DNA of 56,922 bases, counting the filler, from Actinomycetota bacterium (GTDB lineage Bacteria; Actinomycetota; Acidimicrobiia; Spongiisociales; UBA4744), in assembly GCA_013152275.1 (NCBI GenBank). It is 3 parts of 3 records of this genome, joined end to end, with 100 filler letters (N's around TTAATTAATTAA, not from the genome) between each part and the next. Parts side by side here need not be neighbours in the genome. Positions count along the whole stretch, not along the records: positions 1 to 30,880 come from JAADGS010000080.1; 2 more parts are not named here. One strand, written 5' to 3'. The notes under the pieces are model-generated. The model ran no database searches, was not told the DNA's origin, and saw only the letters and a program-made list of their open reading frames with translations. Within the stretch, counting starts at the first letter, position 1. Every line of letters begins with the position of its first letter. The position numbers were made by a program, and so were the translations under genes. Positions 9,855-20,683 of the stretch are shown piece after piece.

Positions 9855-11404
9855 GCGGCACACGCCTCGGCAAGGCCGCCCTCATCGTCTCTGGAGGCAT
9901 CCTGCTCTCCCGCCTCCTCGGGTTCCTCCGCACGATGACGCTCGCCGGAATCCTTGGAGCCACGCGTTCTGCGGACCTGTTCCAAGATGCCTTCACGATT
10001 CCCGACATCCTCTTCTACCTGATGGCCGGTGGATTCCTCAGTATCACGTTCATTCCGATCCTGGCACGCCACATGGCGGCGGGAGACGAACGGGAAGGTT
10101 GGCGATCCTTCGCCGCGGTCTTTCGACCGGTGGCTATCACGATGACGGCGCTCACCGTGATAGCGATGATCGCCGCGCGTCCCATCGTCTCCGCCGTCTT
10201 TCCGAGATTCGCGGCTGCAGAACTCGACGAACTCGCTCACCTCATGCGAATCGTGTTCCCGGCCCAGATCTTCTTCGTCCTCGGATCCCTGTTCATGGCC
10301 GTTCAGTACGCCCACAAGCGCTTCGTCATACCGATTCTCGCTCCGCTGGTCTACAACACCATGATCATCGCCGGCGGACTGGTGGCATGGAAGGCAGGCG
10401 ATACGTCCGCAGAGGGGTTCATATGGGGAGCTCTCGTCGGTGCGGCGATCGGCAACTTCGGACTTCAATGGTATGGGGCACACCGTCTCGGGCTGCGATG
10501 GGAGCGCAATGTTCCCTGGAATCACCCTGCCCTGAAGGAATACCTGCTGATGGCACTGCCACTCATGCTGGGACAGTCGGTCGCCGTCCTCGATGAGCAA
10601 TTCCTCAAGTTCTTCGGGCAGCTCGCACAAGCCGGGTCCACCGGTCTGCTCGCCTATGCCAGGCGCATCAACATGCTCCCTGTCGGAATGATCGCCCAGG
10701 CCGCCGGGGTCGCCGCATATCCGTTCTTGGCGAGCCTGTTCACAGAAGGACGCATTCGTGAGTTTCGCCGGACGGTGACCAGCGCGCTGCGGTACGGCAT
10801 CTTCTTCGGATGTGCAGCGACGGCCGCCGTCGTCGGAACGGCGCTGCCCACAATCCGCATCGCCTACCAGCGCGGCCGTTTTGGACCGGAAGACACCCTC
10901 GTAACGGCCGGTCTCCTGGCCCTCTACGCGCTGAGCATCCCGTTCTGGGCAATCCACCAGATCTATGCCAGAGCCTTCTACGCGCAACGTCGCATGTGGA
11001 TTCCCGTCGGAGTCGGCACAGCGGCGACCGCAATCGCCATACCCCTTTACCTGTGGCTTTTCAACAACATGAACATCCGAGGCCTGGCCCTCGCCAGCAC
11101 CCTCTCGATAGGCATCTACGCCATCGCACTCGCCTCGATCTGGTATGTCCGCAACGGAGTCGAGGGTTTGCGCCCGGTTCTCGGCACCGCCTGGCGAAGC
11201 GCGGTTGCCGGTGTAGTGGCCGGCCTCTCCACATGGGAGATCGTCAGGCTCATCATCGGCAGTTCCGTGCCTGGCGCGGACCTCTCGCTCACCGCGCTCG
11301 CCGCCGGCGCTCTCGTCGTTGTCCTCGTCTACGGGGTCGTCTCACGGCTTCTCGGCACGCAAGAGCTCACCGATCTCCTACGTGGAAGGACCAGTCGAAG
11401 CTGA
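9851..11404 (+). CDS. murJ: Lipid II flippase MurJ/MviN
   Basis: LLSRLLGFLR, AFTIPD, FIP, RAFYA; many TM helices; ATG overlaps PHP stop. Confidence 0.9.
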   Translation: MSGTRLGKAALIVSGGILLSRLLGFLRTMTLAGILGATRSADLFQDAFTIPDILFYLMAGGFLSITFIPILARHMAAGDEREGWRSFAAVFRPVAITMTALTVIAMIAARPIVSAVFPRFAAAELDELAHLMRIVFPAQIFFVLGSLFMAVQYAHKRFVIPILAPLVYNTMIIAGGLVAWKAGDTSAEGFIWGALVGAAIGNFGLQWYGAHRLGLRWERNVPWNHPALKEYLLMALPLMLGQSVAVLDEQFLKFFGQLAQAGSTGLLAYARRINMLPVGMIAQAAGVAAYPFLASLFTEGRIREFRRTVTSALRYGIFFGCAATAAVVGTALPTIRIAYQRGRFGPEDTLVTAGLLALYALSIPFWAIHQIYARAFYAQRRMWIPVGVGTAATAIAIPLYLWLFNNMNIRGLALASTLSIGIYAIALASIWYVRNGVEGLRPVLGTAWRSAVAGVVAGLSTWEIVRLIIGSSVPGADLSLTALAAGALVVVLVYGVVSRLLGTQELTDLLRGRTSRS

Positions 11405-11458
11405 CTCCGCAGCGCCACGTCGCGATCGCGCATGTTGATGGAGTCAGGAGTGCCTGAG

Positions 11459-12865
11459 CTACGAGGCCTCACTGGACAGGTTGCCGACCCCCGCGCGCTG
11501 CATATCACCCCAGACCTTCCGGTGTGGATTCCAGAACATCGCGCGGACCCGCCACCAGACCGTTTGCTGCCGCAGCCCGATCTGCTCCCCGAGTGAGTAC
11601 ACGAGAAGCCGCCACGCCTCTCCAGGACCTTCGTAATACCCGAACCGCTCGTCGAGGATCAGTCCGATCAACGAGTTCGCTGCACCGATGGCCAGGGCGA
11701 CCAGCATGAGCGGAATCGCTATCTCCAGGTTGAGCAGCCCGAGTGCCAGCGACACAGGTACGACCACCCAACCGATCGCTTCGATGATCGGAGCGAGGAA
11801 TTCGAACGCAATGAATGAAGGCCAGCCGATCATCCCAATGATCCCGTATCGCGGATTGAACAGCATCCCCCTGTAGTGCCAGACGACCTGCATCAGTCCG
11901 CGATGCCAGCGAATCCGCTGCTTGCGAAGTACCTTTCTCGTCGCCGGTACCTCCGTCCATGCAACGGCGTCGGGTGCGTAGACGATCCGATATGGCTTCC
12001 GCTGCTTGCGAAAGTGCCGGTGCAGCCGCATCGTCAGCTCCATGTCCTCGCCGAGGTGTCCCTGTCGATAGCCACCTACTTCGATCACGGCTTCCTTCTT
12101 GAAGATCCCGAACGCCCCCGACACGATCAACAGAGACCCGAGTGCCGACCACGCGGGGCGCGCGGCAAGAAACGAGCGAATGTACTCGACGACCTGGACC
12201 ATCTCGATCGGCCGCTTGGGAAGCGACACGTTCGTGACCCTGCCGCGCCGAACCTCGCATCCGTTGAGCGGGCGGACATTGCCGCCGACGGCCACGGTTC
12301 GGGCACGATCCTCGACGAAATGCCGGACCGCTCGCAGCAGACATTCCTCATCGAGCACCATGTCGGCGTCGGTGGCCATCACATAGGGAGACCGGGAGAT
12401 GTTGATGCCGGCATTGATCGCATCTCCCTTGCCGCCATTGTCTTTGTCGACCACGACGATCGGCAGGGGAAGGCGGGAACGATAGATGCGCCGAACGGGC
12501 TCGGTCTGCAACCGGGGACGGTACGGGGTATCGATCGGCTCCATGCGGAACTCGTCGATGAGCTGCTGCAACGTGTCATCGGTGCTTCCGTCGTTGACCA
12601 CGATGATTTCCTTCTTGGCATACTTGAGCATTGCCATCGAGCGCACCGACTCGGCGATGCCCGCGGCCTCGTTGTAGGCGGGAATGATGATCGACACGGG
12701 CGGGGTCGTGTCCGAGCTGAGCATGTCGTGGATGCGTCCGAACCGGGACGAGAATTGGTCGGCGCGCAGCGCACGGTAGGAGATGGACGCGAGGACGACC
12801 AGCTGCACCTCCATGACGATGAAGTACAGGAGCACTGCATAGTTGAACACTTCAACGAAGGTCAT
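11459..12865 (-). CDS. Processive family-2 glycosyltransferase (PgaC/IcaA-like)
   Basis: IPAYNE, NDGSTD, DADM, GEDM, QRIRW motifs; flanking TM helices. Confidence 0.92.
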   Translation of the reverse strand: MTFVEVFNYAVLLYFIVMEVQLVVLASISYRALRADQFSSRFGRIHDMLSSDTTPPVSIIIPAYNEAAGIAESVRSMAMLKYAKKEIIVVNDGSTDDTLQQLIDEFRMEPIDTPYRPRLQTEPVRRIYRSRLPLPIVVVDKDNGGKGDAINAGINISRSPYVMATDADMVLDEECLLRAVRHFVEDRARTVAVGGNVRPLNGCEVRRGRVTNVSLPKRPIEMVQVVEYIRSFLAARPAWSALGSLLIVSGAFGIFKKEAVIEVGGYRQGHLGEDMELTMRLHRHFRKQRKPYRIVYAPDAVAWTEVPATRKVLRKQRIRWHRGLMQVVWHYRGMLFNPRYGIIGMIGWPSFIAFEFLAPIIEAIGWVVVPVSLALGLLNLEIAIPLMLVALAIGAANSLIGLILDERFGYYEGPGEAWRLLVYSLGEQIGLRQQTVWWRVRAMFWNPHRKVWGDMQRAGVGNLSSEAS

Positions 12866-13962
12866 CCAGACTCCCCTACCGCCATGGTGTCCGTCGCAAG
12901 TGAGCCTGCGGTAGGGAGATTCCCGGTCATCATCAGCTGCTCTCTCGCCACATCGCGGGCGAAGGAGTCCTCGTCGCCTTGGGCGTCGATCAACGCCTGC
13001 CGGCCACCAGGGATCAGGGCAAGCGCCTCGGCAGCGTTGCGACGCACCCACCATTCGGGGTCCCGGAGAGCTTCGACCAGCACCCCGATGGCGCGAGGGT
13101 CCATCCGATCGCCAAGGGCCTTGGCCGCCTGGGCACGGACTTCCCACACAGGATCGGTCACGGCGCGCATCAGCGCGGGGACACACTGTGGCGTGCCGGC
13201 GGTTCCCAGTGCGGCAGCCGCCCGAATCCTCAGCTCGACGTCATCGCCGTCCAACGCACTCAACAGGGCCGGCTCCGCTCCCACATCGCCGATGGAGCCA
13301 AGCACTCTTGCGACGAGTGGCAGCCGGCAGCCGGGGTGCTCCACCGCCGGGTCGGACAGAATGAGATACCGAGCCAGAACGGGCACCGCGACTGCGCCGA
13401 GTTTCACCAAGGAATCGGCGATTCTGCTGGCGTTCCATTCCGTTTCCTCTTCCAGCAATGTCACGAGTGGCTGCACCGCCCGTGGATCCTTCAGCCCGGC
13501 CAGGGCATCGGCTGCCTGCAAACGGACTTCCGGAACCCGATCTCCAAGAGCTGCCAACAAGGCATCCGCCGTGCTCGGGTCGCCGAGTTCTGCAAGGGCA
13601 CCGGCGGCCACGACCCTTCGCTCTCTCCGCCGGGATCTCTCCAGGTCCCGGACAAAGCGCTGGACGATGCCCAGGTCCCTGGCGATCTGTAGGAGATTCG
13701 TCCGTTCGGTGCCCTGAACGGACCGCAGGAAATCCAGGAGCGTTTCCAGGAAGACCCGGTCCGAAGCCCAGGAGCGAAGCGTGTGCAGCGGATAGCCGGA
13801 CCGCGTCACGATCTCGCTGAGCGCTCCAATGTAGGAGGCGCGACGGAACTGGTCGAAACGACCTTTGAAGTGGCCGATCACCTTGGTCGCGAACAACCAC
13901 GCTGCGATCAGCCCCGAGGAGATGACCACGACCAATAGCACCGGCACCAACTGTGCGCTCAT
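12862..13962 (-). CDS. HEAT-repeat protein with N-terminal membrane anchor
   Basis: Repeated D...VR..AA.ALG units; overlaps GT2 start by 4 nt. Confidence 0.88.
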   Translation of the reverse strand: MSAQLVPVLLVVVISSGLIAAWLFATKVIGHFKGRFDQFRRASYIGALSEIVTRSGYPLHTLRSWASDRVFLETLLDFLRSVQGTERTNLLQIARDLGIVQRFVRDLERSRRRERRVVAAGALAELGDPSTADALLAALGDRVPEVRLQAADALAGLKDPRAVQPLVTLLEEETEWNASRIADSLVKLGAVAVPVLARYLILSDPAVEHPGCRLPLVARVLGSIGDVGAEPALLSALDGDDVELRIRAAAALGTAGTPQCVPALMRAVTDPVWEVRAQAAKALGDRMDPRAIGVLVEALRDPEWWVRRNAAEALALIPGGRQALIDAQGDEDSFARDVAREQLMMTGNLPTAGSLATDTMAVGESG

Positions 13963-14117
13963 CGTTCAGCTTTCATTCATCCATTACGTCGGCCGTGAGA
14001 CACGGTGAGTTGAACGATTCGAGCGGCCGGCAGGTGCTGCCTGTCTCTCGCCTGCGGAGTATCGGCGGCAACCGTCGATCGAATCAGACGGGCCCCGCCA
14101 CACTCGCCGGCGCTCTG

Positions 14118-14504
14118 TTACCCCTCGAGACTCAGACCGGCAGCCCGAAGCTGCACCCGCACCCGTGCCAGCACCTCGCGCACGTTGAACGGCTTGCGCA
14201 CGAAATCGACGGCGCCCAGGTCGAGACAGGCGACGATATCCTCTTCACTGGTAAGGCCGGAGAGCATGATGACCGGAAGATCGACCCCGTCGTCCGACCA
14301 CCTCTGAAGGACTTCCGCTCCCAACAGACCCGGCATCACCTGGTCGAGAAGCGCAAGGTCGAACTCGCCGCTCTTGCCCAGCTCATACGCGTCGATGCCG
14401 TCATAGACGGCAGTCACTCGCGCACCGGAGGCCTCGAGACTCCTGGAGACGAGCATCGAGACGACCCGGTCGTCTTCAGCAACGAGGATTCTTGCTGCGC
14501 TCAT
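14118..14504 (-). CDS. Stand-alone response regulator receiver protein
   Basis: ILVAEDD, LLDQVMPG, VIMLS, GAVDFVRKPF; no output domain. Confidence 0.92.
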   Translation of the reverse strand: MSAARILVAEDDRVVSMLVSRSLEASGARVTAVYDGIDAYELGKSGEFDLALLDQVMPGLLGAEVLQRWSDDGVDLPVIMLSGLTSEEDIVACLDLGAVDFVRKPFNVREVLARVRVQLRAAGLSLEG

Positions 14505-14566
14505 GCTGGCAGCTCACCATAGCTGGGCCTCAGGCCACTTACGACCATCATTGAGGCGTTCTCACT

Positions 14567-15625
14567 TCAACCTCTTTCCGCTGCTGCGACCAGCCAGGTC
14601 ACAACCGGAACGTAGGCACGGTAGAAGAACGCCGAATCCACGGTCTGTGGCAGCATCCTCACCACCGCTGCACTCCCGGCGATGCTTTGCAGGGGGAACG
14701 ACACCGCCGCCTCACTGGCATCACCGGCTATGTATACGGTCCGTGTGCCGCGAATGATCATCGGGGAGCGAGTGGGCAGCCCGTGGCGCTCGAGAACGGC
14801 CGCTCCGGCGGAGGTTACGGGAAGCTCCAACCAGGCATCGACGGTGCCGGCCGCCTCGATGATCTCGAACCAATTGCCAAAAGGAACGTCGAAGCCCCAC
14901 CCTTGTGGTGTCTGCCCCGTCACCCGCACCAGGCGGCCGCTCAGCTCCGCTCCTGACAGCACGAACCTATCGTTCTCCGAAACCATGACGATGCCGCTTC
15001 CCACGAAATCCCAGTCGTCGGTCCGCAACGATTCCGGCACGGTCGACAGATCGTCGAACCACCGTCCCGACCATCCACTCGACTCGATCGAGAACAGCGT
15101 CTCGAGCTTCTCCCTCGCCTCGGGCGGAGTCGGCTGTCCAAGAATCTGCGTCTCACCGTAGAGCCATGTTCCCCGCTCATTCCAGCCGGAGATGCGTTCG
15201 ACATCCGAGTTCTCGAGACGCCCTGACACCCGTCGCCGCCCCTGCGGATCGACCGCGCCTTCGTCGTTGACATACACACCGTACGCGTCGACCAACATCA
15301 CGAGATCGGGCCTGGTGCTTGGCCACTCACCGATTGGCGCACCTCCCGGAGCAGCGCCGATGTATCCGTCACTCACCGAGAAGGGAACCTTCAGCGAATG
15401 GAGAACGAGGCCCAAAGCCTGGTGTTCACGATACGAGTCATCGAGCACCGTCTCGTCAAAGACAACCAAGGAAACATCACTGACCGGTCGGCTGTGCCAT
15501 ATCGCCCATCCCACCGATGGCCAGGCCAGCACCGGAACCAGCACGAACACGACGACGGACGTGATCAGCCGGTGGTAGCGGCGTTGAGGACGCGACAATC
15601 CGGTTGCAGCGAGACGATCTCTCAT
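14567..15625 (-). CDS. Membrane-anchored hypothetical protein
   Basis: One TM then soluble domain (DETV..DSYREH, DAYGVY, SGWSGRWFDDL); co-oriented with the GT2 module. Confidence 0.7.
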   Translation of the reverse strand: MRDRLAATGLSRPQRRYHRLITSVVVFVLVPVLAWPSVGWAIWHSRPVSDVSLVVFDETVLDDSYREHQALGLVLHSLKVPFSVSDGYIGAAPGGAPIGEWPSTRPDLVMLVDAYGVYVNDEGAVDPQGRRRVSGRLENSDVERISGWNERGTWLYGETQILGQPTPPEAREKLETLFSIESSGWSGRWFDDLSTVPESLRTDDWDFVGSGIVMVSENDRFVLSGAELSGRLVRVTGQTPQGWGFDVPFGNWFEIIEAAGTVDAWLELPVTSAGAAVLERHGLPTRSPMIIRGTRTVYIAGDASEAAVSFPLQSIAGSAAVVRMLPQTVDSAFFYRAYVPVVTWLVAAAERG

Positions 15626-15837
15626 CTCTCTACTTTCGGCCTGGTTGCCGGTTAGTTGAGCAAGCCGTCCGTCAGCCGTTCGGCGGCGGCTCGGTTCGCC
15701 CTGACAACACCCAGGGACTTTCGAGATGTGGCGTCGACGGCAGGGAGGCTGCGATTACCTCTTCGAACAGGACCTGTTGAACCACAGCAGCGATTGCTGC
15801 GGCTTCGAGCGGGCCGGCACCGCCTTCGATATGAAGT

Positions 15838-16248
15838 TCAGTCTCCATCGAGTTCCACCAGTTCGATCAGCGTACCGGCCAGCGTCGCTGGATGCACGAA
15901 CGCGATGCGATGTCCGCCACCGCCTCTGCGAGCTTGCTCATCGACCAGGCGCGCCCCTCGCTCCTTGAGATGGTCCAGGGCATCGTCGATCGAAGTCACC
16001 GCGATGGCGATGTGATGCAGTCCCTCACCGCGCCTTGCCAGGAACTTGCCCACCGGGCTCGATGGAGACAGCGGTTGAAGCAGCTGCACATAGGATCCCC
16101 CGACCGGCAACATTGCCTCTTCGACTTCCTGCTCGGAGATGATCTCGCGCGACAGAGGTTCGATGCCGAGAAGTTCCTTGAACTCTGCGAGGGACGCATC
16201 GAGGTCGTCGACGGCAATGGCGACATGGTCCAGGTTGAAGGCCTTCAC
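15838..16248 (-). CDS. mce: Methylmalonyl-CoA epimerase (VOC family)
   Basis: LDHVAIAV, FLARRGEGLHHIA, AFVHP, GTLIELVE. Confidence 0.9.
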   Translation of the reverse strand: MKAFNLDHVAIAVDDLDASLAEFKELLGIEPLSREIISEQEVEEAMLPVGGSYVQLLQPLSPSSPVGKFLARRGEGLHHIAIAVTSIDDALDHLKERGARLVDEQARRGGGGHRIAFVHPATLAGTLIELVELDGD

Positions 16249-16308
16249 AAAACCAGCCTACCGCCCCTGGGGTACGATGCATCAGTCGCGCAAAAGGAGT
16301 CGTCCACC

Positions 16309-17490
16309 ATGGGTGCCGTGATCACCGGAATCGCCAGAACGCCACAAGGCAGGTTCGCGGGAGTGTTCAAGCCGGTGAAAGCGATCCAACTCGGCGCGGT
16401 CGCGATGCACGGTGCGCTGGAACGATCTCGACTCGCCCCGGAACGCATCGAGGAGGTGATCTTCGGTCAAGTCCTCCAGGCGGGAGAAGGCCAGATCACC
16501 GCGCGGCAGGCCGCCGTCCAGGCCGGAGTTCCCATGACCGTTCCGGCCGTGACGATCAACAAGGTGTGCCTGTCGGGAATGGCCTCCATCGCCATGGCGG
16601 ACCGATCGATTCGCCTTGGAGAGTCCAACTTCGTGCTGGCGGGAGGCATGGAGTCCATGAGCAACACGCCCTACATCGCCCCCAAGGCCCGTTGGGGGGC
16701 CCGGATGGGCGATGCACGGCTCGTCGACGCCATGCTGCACGATGGCCTCTGGTGCAGCTTCGATCATTGCATCATGGGCGAATCCGCCGATCGCAAGAGT
16801 GCGCAGTTGGGCATCGGTCGCGAAGAGCAGGACCGGTGGGCATTCAACAGCCACAAACGAGCCTTGGCAGCTACGGAATCCGGCGCGTTCGCCGACGAAA
16901 TCGTTCCGGTCGAAGTGCCTCGACGCAAAGCCGACCCGATCGTCGTCGTCACAGACGAAGGCATCCGCCCGGACACCACGATGGAGAGCCTTGCCGGGCT
17001 CCGACCGGCTTTCTCCGATGACGGAACGGCGACGGCCGGCAACGCTTCGCAGATCAGCGATGGCGCGGCCGCAGTCGTCGTCGCAGATCGCGCTGCTGCA
17101 GAAGCAGAAGGACTGCCGATCCTCGCCGAGATCCTGTCCTATGGTCAGATCGGAGGCAGAGACGCCACGCTCCAGGAACGTCCAGGTGAGGCCCTCGCAC
17201 TTGCCTTGAAGAAGGCCGGCATGGATGCGGCCGACCTCGAACTGGTGGAGATCAACGAAGCGTTCGCTTCGGTCGCCGTATGGTCCGCCCGCATGCTCGA
17301 CCTGGACCCGGAAAAGGTCAACGTCAACGGTGGTGCCGTGGCCCTGGGACATCCACTCGGCGCATCGGGGGCCCGCATCACGGTGACCCTGGTCAACGCA
17401 CTTCGCCGGCGAGGAGGCGGCATCGGTGCGGCGGCGCTCTGCGGTGGTGGCGGCCAGGGTGATGCCCTGATCTTGGAGGTGTTCGCATGA
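16309..17490 (+). CDS. Acetyl-CoA C-acetyltransferase (thiolase)
   Basis: [57 protein letters not shown]. Confidence 0.95.
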   Translation: MGAVITGIARTPQGRFAGVFKPVKAIQLGAVAMHGALERSRLAPERIEEVIFGQVLQAGEGQITARQAAVQAGVPMTVPAVTINKVCLSGMASIAMADRSIRLGESNFVLAGGMESMSNTPYIAPKARWGARMGDARLVDAMLHDGLWCSFDHCIMGESADRKSAQLGIGREEQDRWAFNSHKRALAATESGAFADEIVPVEVPRRKADPIVVVTDEGIRPDTTMESLAGLRPAFSDDGTATAGNASQISDGAAAVVVADRAAAEAEGLPILAEILSYGQIGGRDATLQERPGEALALALKKAGMDAADLELVEINEAFASVAVWSARMLDLDPEKVNVNGGAVALGHPLGASGARITVTLVNALRRRGGGIGAAALCGGGGQGDALILEVFA

Positions 17491-18476
17491 TGCTGGAAGC
17501 GCCCGATCACAATCTCGCACTCGACCTGGTGCGCGTCACCGAGGTGGCGGCAATGGCCGCCGCACGGTGGCAGGGCAGAGGGGACAAGGAAAACGCAGAC
17601 CAGGCCGCCGTGGACGGGATGCGTGCCGTCCTCTCGACCGTGGCAATCGATGGGACGATCATCATCGGCGAAGGCGAGAAGGACAACGCCCCCATGCTGT
17701 TCAACGGAGAGCGCGTCGGCTCTGGAAAAGGTCTGCAAGTCGATGTTGCCGTGGACCCCGTCGATGGCACGACATTGACGGCAGAGGGCATGCCCGGAGC
17801 GCTCGCCGTGATCACGGTCGCGGAAGCCGGTTCGATGTATGCACCGGGAAGCCTCGTGTACATGGACAAGATTGCCGTCGGCCCTGCTGCCGCAGGCTCA
17901 ATCGACCTGGATGCCCCCGTTGCTCACAATCTGCGCCAGGTCGCCCGCGCCCTGGGCAAGGACATCAACGACCTCACGGCGATCATCCTCGATCGTCCAC
18001 GAAACAAGAAATACGTGGACGCGGTGCGTGCCGCCGGCGCACGTATTCGATTGATTCGTGATGGCGACGTCTCCGCAGCCATCTCGACGGCGGAATCGGA
18101 TTCCGGCATCGACATCCTGCTCGGCATCGGCGGGTCACCGGAAGCCGTGATCGCTGCAGGGGCACTCGCCTGCCTCGACGGTGAGATGCAGTGCAGACTC
18201 TGGCCGCGAGATGACACCGAGCGTCGGTACGCCTTGGAGAACGGTCTCGACCTCGACGCCGTCCTGACAACGAGAGATCTGGTCGACTCCGACAACGTCT
18301 TCTTCGCGGCAACGGGCGTCACCGATGGGGAGCTTCTCGACGGGGTGACATTCTTCGCGGACGGTGCGGAGACGCATTCGGTGGTCATGCGGTCGAAGAC
18401 CGGTGCGGTCCGTTACGTCGACACACGACACAATCTCAAGAAGCTGGAGCACATCAGCAGCGTCCCATTGAGCTGA
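17487..18476 (+). CDS. glpX: Class II fructose-1,6-bisphosphatase
   Basis: [48 protein letters not shown]. Confidence 0.96.
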   Translation: MMLEAPDHNLALDLVRVTEVAAMAAARWQGRGDKENADQAAVDGMRAVLSTVAIDGTIIIGEGEKDNAPMLFNGERVGSGKGLQVDVAVDPVDGTTLTAEGMPGALAVITVAEAGSMYAPGSLVYMDKIAVGPAAAGSIDLDAPVAHNLRQVARALGKDINDLTAIILDRPRNKKYVDAVRAAGARIRLIRDGDVSAAISTAESDSGIDILLGIGGSPEAVIAAGALACLDGEMQCRLWPRDDTERRYALENGLDLDAVLTTRDLVDSDNVFFAATGVTDGELLDGVTFFADGAETHSVVMRSKTGAVRYVDTRHNLKKLEHISSVPLS

Positions 18477-18665
18477 CAGGCTCGCTTTGCTCATCGGTAT
18501 CCCATATCGCGACCTGACGTCGCGACAAGACCGAAGGGCAGAGATCGCGGCTCTTGCCGACACTCTCCTTTTCCTCGGCGCCCACAGTCACCGGTCGGCG
18601 GTGCTGCACCGAAACGTCGACAAGACCGGCGGGCGGCCACAACGACTCTCGCCGTCAGGCGTCTC

Positions 18666-19310
18666 CTAGATCGCGCCGCCGATCTCGAGGGCTTCGATGA
18701 GCGTCGAGGCGGTCGCCACTCCAGTCGCCCGAATCCGATCCTGCGGGAATGTCCCGCGGTCATAGAGCACACATCTCGTACCGACGGCCACCGCTGCTTC
18801 GACATCGTCCAGCGCATCGCCGATCACGAGCACCCCCTGAACGTCCATGCCCTCCTCGAGAGCCTGGAGATGGCTCTCGAGGAATGCCTGCTTCCGGGCT
18901 CCCCGCTCCCCTCGAAGACCTTCCACACGCTTCATGAATGGTCCGATGCCGAACCGTTCGACCATGGTGACAAGGTCATCATGCCAAAGCATCGAAAGGA
19001 GCGATTGCGTGTGGCCCGCACCGGTCACGCCCTGCAGCGCCTCCATCGCGTCCGGAGCGAGCCGTGTCTGCGCAAGCAGGTCCCGATAGGCAACATGGAA
19101 GACATCGTCGATCAGGCGCCACTCGTCATCGGGAACCGTCCTTCCGAGGAGTGACTCATAGAAACGACGTACGGGGCGCTGATAGTGCGCCCCGTACTCT
19201 CCGGCGGTGATCAACGGCTCACCGATCTCTGTCAGTGTCACATTCACCGCATCGACGACCTGCGTCAGATCGTCGAGCAGTGTTCCATTCCAGTCCCAAA
19301 CGATGTGCAC
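18666..19310 (-). CDS. HAD-family hydrolase
   Basis: VWDWNGTL motif I, IGDALDD motif IV. Confidence 0.9.
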   Translation of the reverse strand: MHIVWDWNGTLLDDLTQVVDAVNVTLTEIGEPLITAGEYGAHYQRPVRRFYESLLGRTVPDDEWRLIDDVFHVAYRDLLAQTRLAPDAMEALQGVTGAGHTQSLLSMLWHDDLVTMVERFGIGPFMKRVEGLRGERGARKQAFLESHLQALEEGMDVQGVLVIGDALDDVEAAVAVGTRCVLYDRGTFPQDRIRATGVATASTLIEALEIGGAI

Positions 19311-19338
19311 CGTCGAGACCTTAGAGGAGCCCTATCGA

Positions 19339-19632
19339 CTACTCGGCGACGCGGCGGCGAAGGCCGGTGGATGGCTTGAAATAGACGTACTTCGTCGCGG
19401 CGATCATGATCTCTTCGCCCGTGGCAGGATTGCGGCCTTTGCGGGCGGAACGGCTGCGAGTTCCGAACTTACCGAAGCCTGCAATCTCGATCTTCCTGCC
19501 GGCATCCAACTCGACGGCGATGATGCCTTCGCCCGGCTTCGTGGAGAAGATCTCTTCGATCACTTCTGCAGCTTTGGTCTTTGTCAAGCCGGTCTTCTTG
19601 GCCAGCTTGTCGGCCATTTCCTTCTTGTTCAC
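19339..19632 (-). CDS. hup: HU family DNA-binding protein
   Basis: MNKKEM, GFGKF, RKGRNPATGEEI, FKPS; GTG start after GAGGGAG (ATG at 19650 is an alternative). Confidence 0.92.
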   Translation of the reverse strand: MNKKEMADKLAKKTGLTKTKAAEVIEEIFSTKPGEGIIAVELDAGRKIEIAGFGKFGTRSRSARKGRNPATGEEIMIAATKYVYFKPSTGLRRRVAE

Positions 19633-19747
19633 GAGTTCTCCCTCGCTCATGCACCGGAGGTTTCCAGCGCTCTTTGCCGGCCGTCGCGTCCGACGACACC
19701 CAAAAGCTACCCTGTTTCGTTGACTTTGTGGGGGATTGTGCCGTCCC

Positions 19748-20341
19748 TCACATCTCCTGCCTGCCTGTCAAGGCCCGGCCGAGAGTGAGCTCGTCGGCGT
19801 AGTCCAGATCCCCACCGACGGGCAGACCACTGGCGAGACGGGTCACCTGCACCCCCAGCGGCTTCAGCTCTCTCGCCAGATACATGGCGGTCGTGTCGCC
19901 CTCCACCGTCGGATTGGTGGCCACGATCACTTCCTGGATCCCTTCGTCGGAGATCCTCCTCACAAGCTCGGTGATATGGAGCTGACCGGGCCCGATCCCT
20001 GCTATCGGCGAGAGCGAACCGCCGAGCACGTGGTAGCGGCCCCGAAACTCCTGCGTCCGTTCGATAACGACGATATCTTGGGGACGCTCGACAACGCAGA
20101 CGAGCGAACCGTCGCGCCGAGAGTCCCGGCAGATGGCGCACTCTTCGTCGGCAGCGACGTTGAAGCACCGGCTACATACCTGCACCTGTGTCCGCATGTC
20201 GATGATCGACTGTGCGAGACGGCGAGCATCCGCCTCTTCGACACCCATCAAGTGAAATGCCAGTCGTTGGGCCGATTTCCTCCCGATTCCCGGCAACCGG
20301 GCGAGTTCGTCGATGACGCGTTGGACAGGAGCTGCGAACAT
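19748..20341 (-). CDS. recR: Recombination mediator RecR
   Basis: LPGIGRKSAQRLA, C4 zinc finger, ATNPTVEG, GGDLDYADELTL. Confidence 0.97.
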   Translation of the reverse strand: MFAAPVQRVIDELARLPGIGRKSAQRLAFHLMGVEEADARRLAQSIIDMRTQVQVCSRCFNVAADEECAICRDSRRDGSLVCVVERPQDIVVIERTQEFRGRYHVLGGSLSPIAGIGPGQLHITELVRRISDEGIQEVIVATNPTVEGDTTAMYLARELKPLGVQVTRLASGLPVGGDLDYADELTLGRALTGRQEM

Positions 20342-20670
20342 CAGCCGAGAAGGTCTCCAAGACCGCCAAGACCTCCGGTGACAGTGCCCATCTGTTGCTC
20401 GGCAGCACCCGATGCTGCCTCGAGCGCCTGATTGACGGCGGCAACGACCAGGTCGCCGAGCATCTCCGGATCCTCGGGGTCGATCACCGACGGGTCGATG
20501 TCGACGGAGACGATCGAGCCGCCGCCGGTGACGGTGGCCTTCACGACGCCGCCGCCGGCCGATCCTTCGAACTTGGTCTCGGCGAGTTGCTGCTGTACCG
20601 AAGCCATCCGTTCCTGCATCTGCTGCGCCTGCTGCATCAGCTTGCGCATGTCCTGTGGTCGCATTCCCAT
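20341..20670 (-). CDS. ybaB: YbaB/EbfC nucleoid-associated protein
   Basis: MQQAQQMQ, GSAGGGVV, DPEMLGDLVVAAVN; lies between dnaX and recR. Confidence 0.93.
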   Translation of the reverse strand: MGMRPQDMRKLMQQAQQMQERMASVQQQLAETKFEGSAGGGVVKATVTGGGSIVSVDIDPSVIDPEDPEMLGDLVVAAVNQALEAASGAAEQQMGTVTGGLGGLGDLLG

Positions 20671-20683
20671 GGGCACCAGGGTA

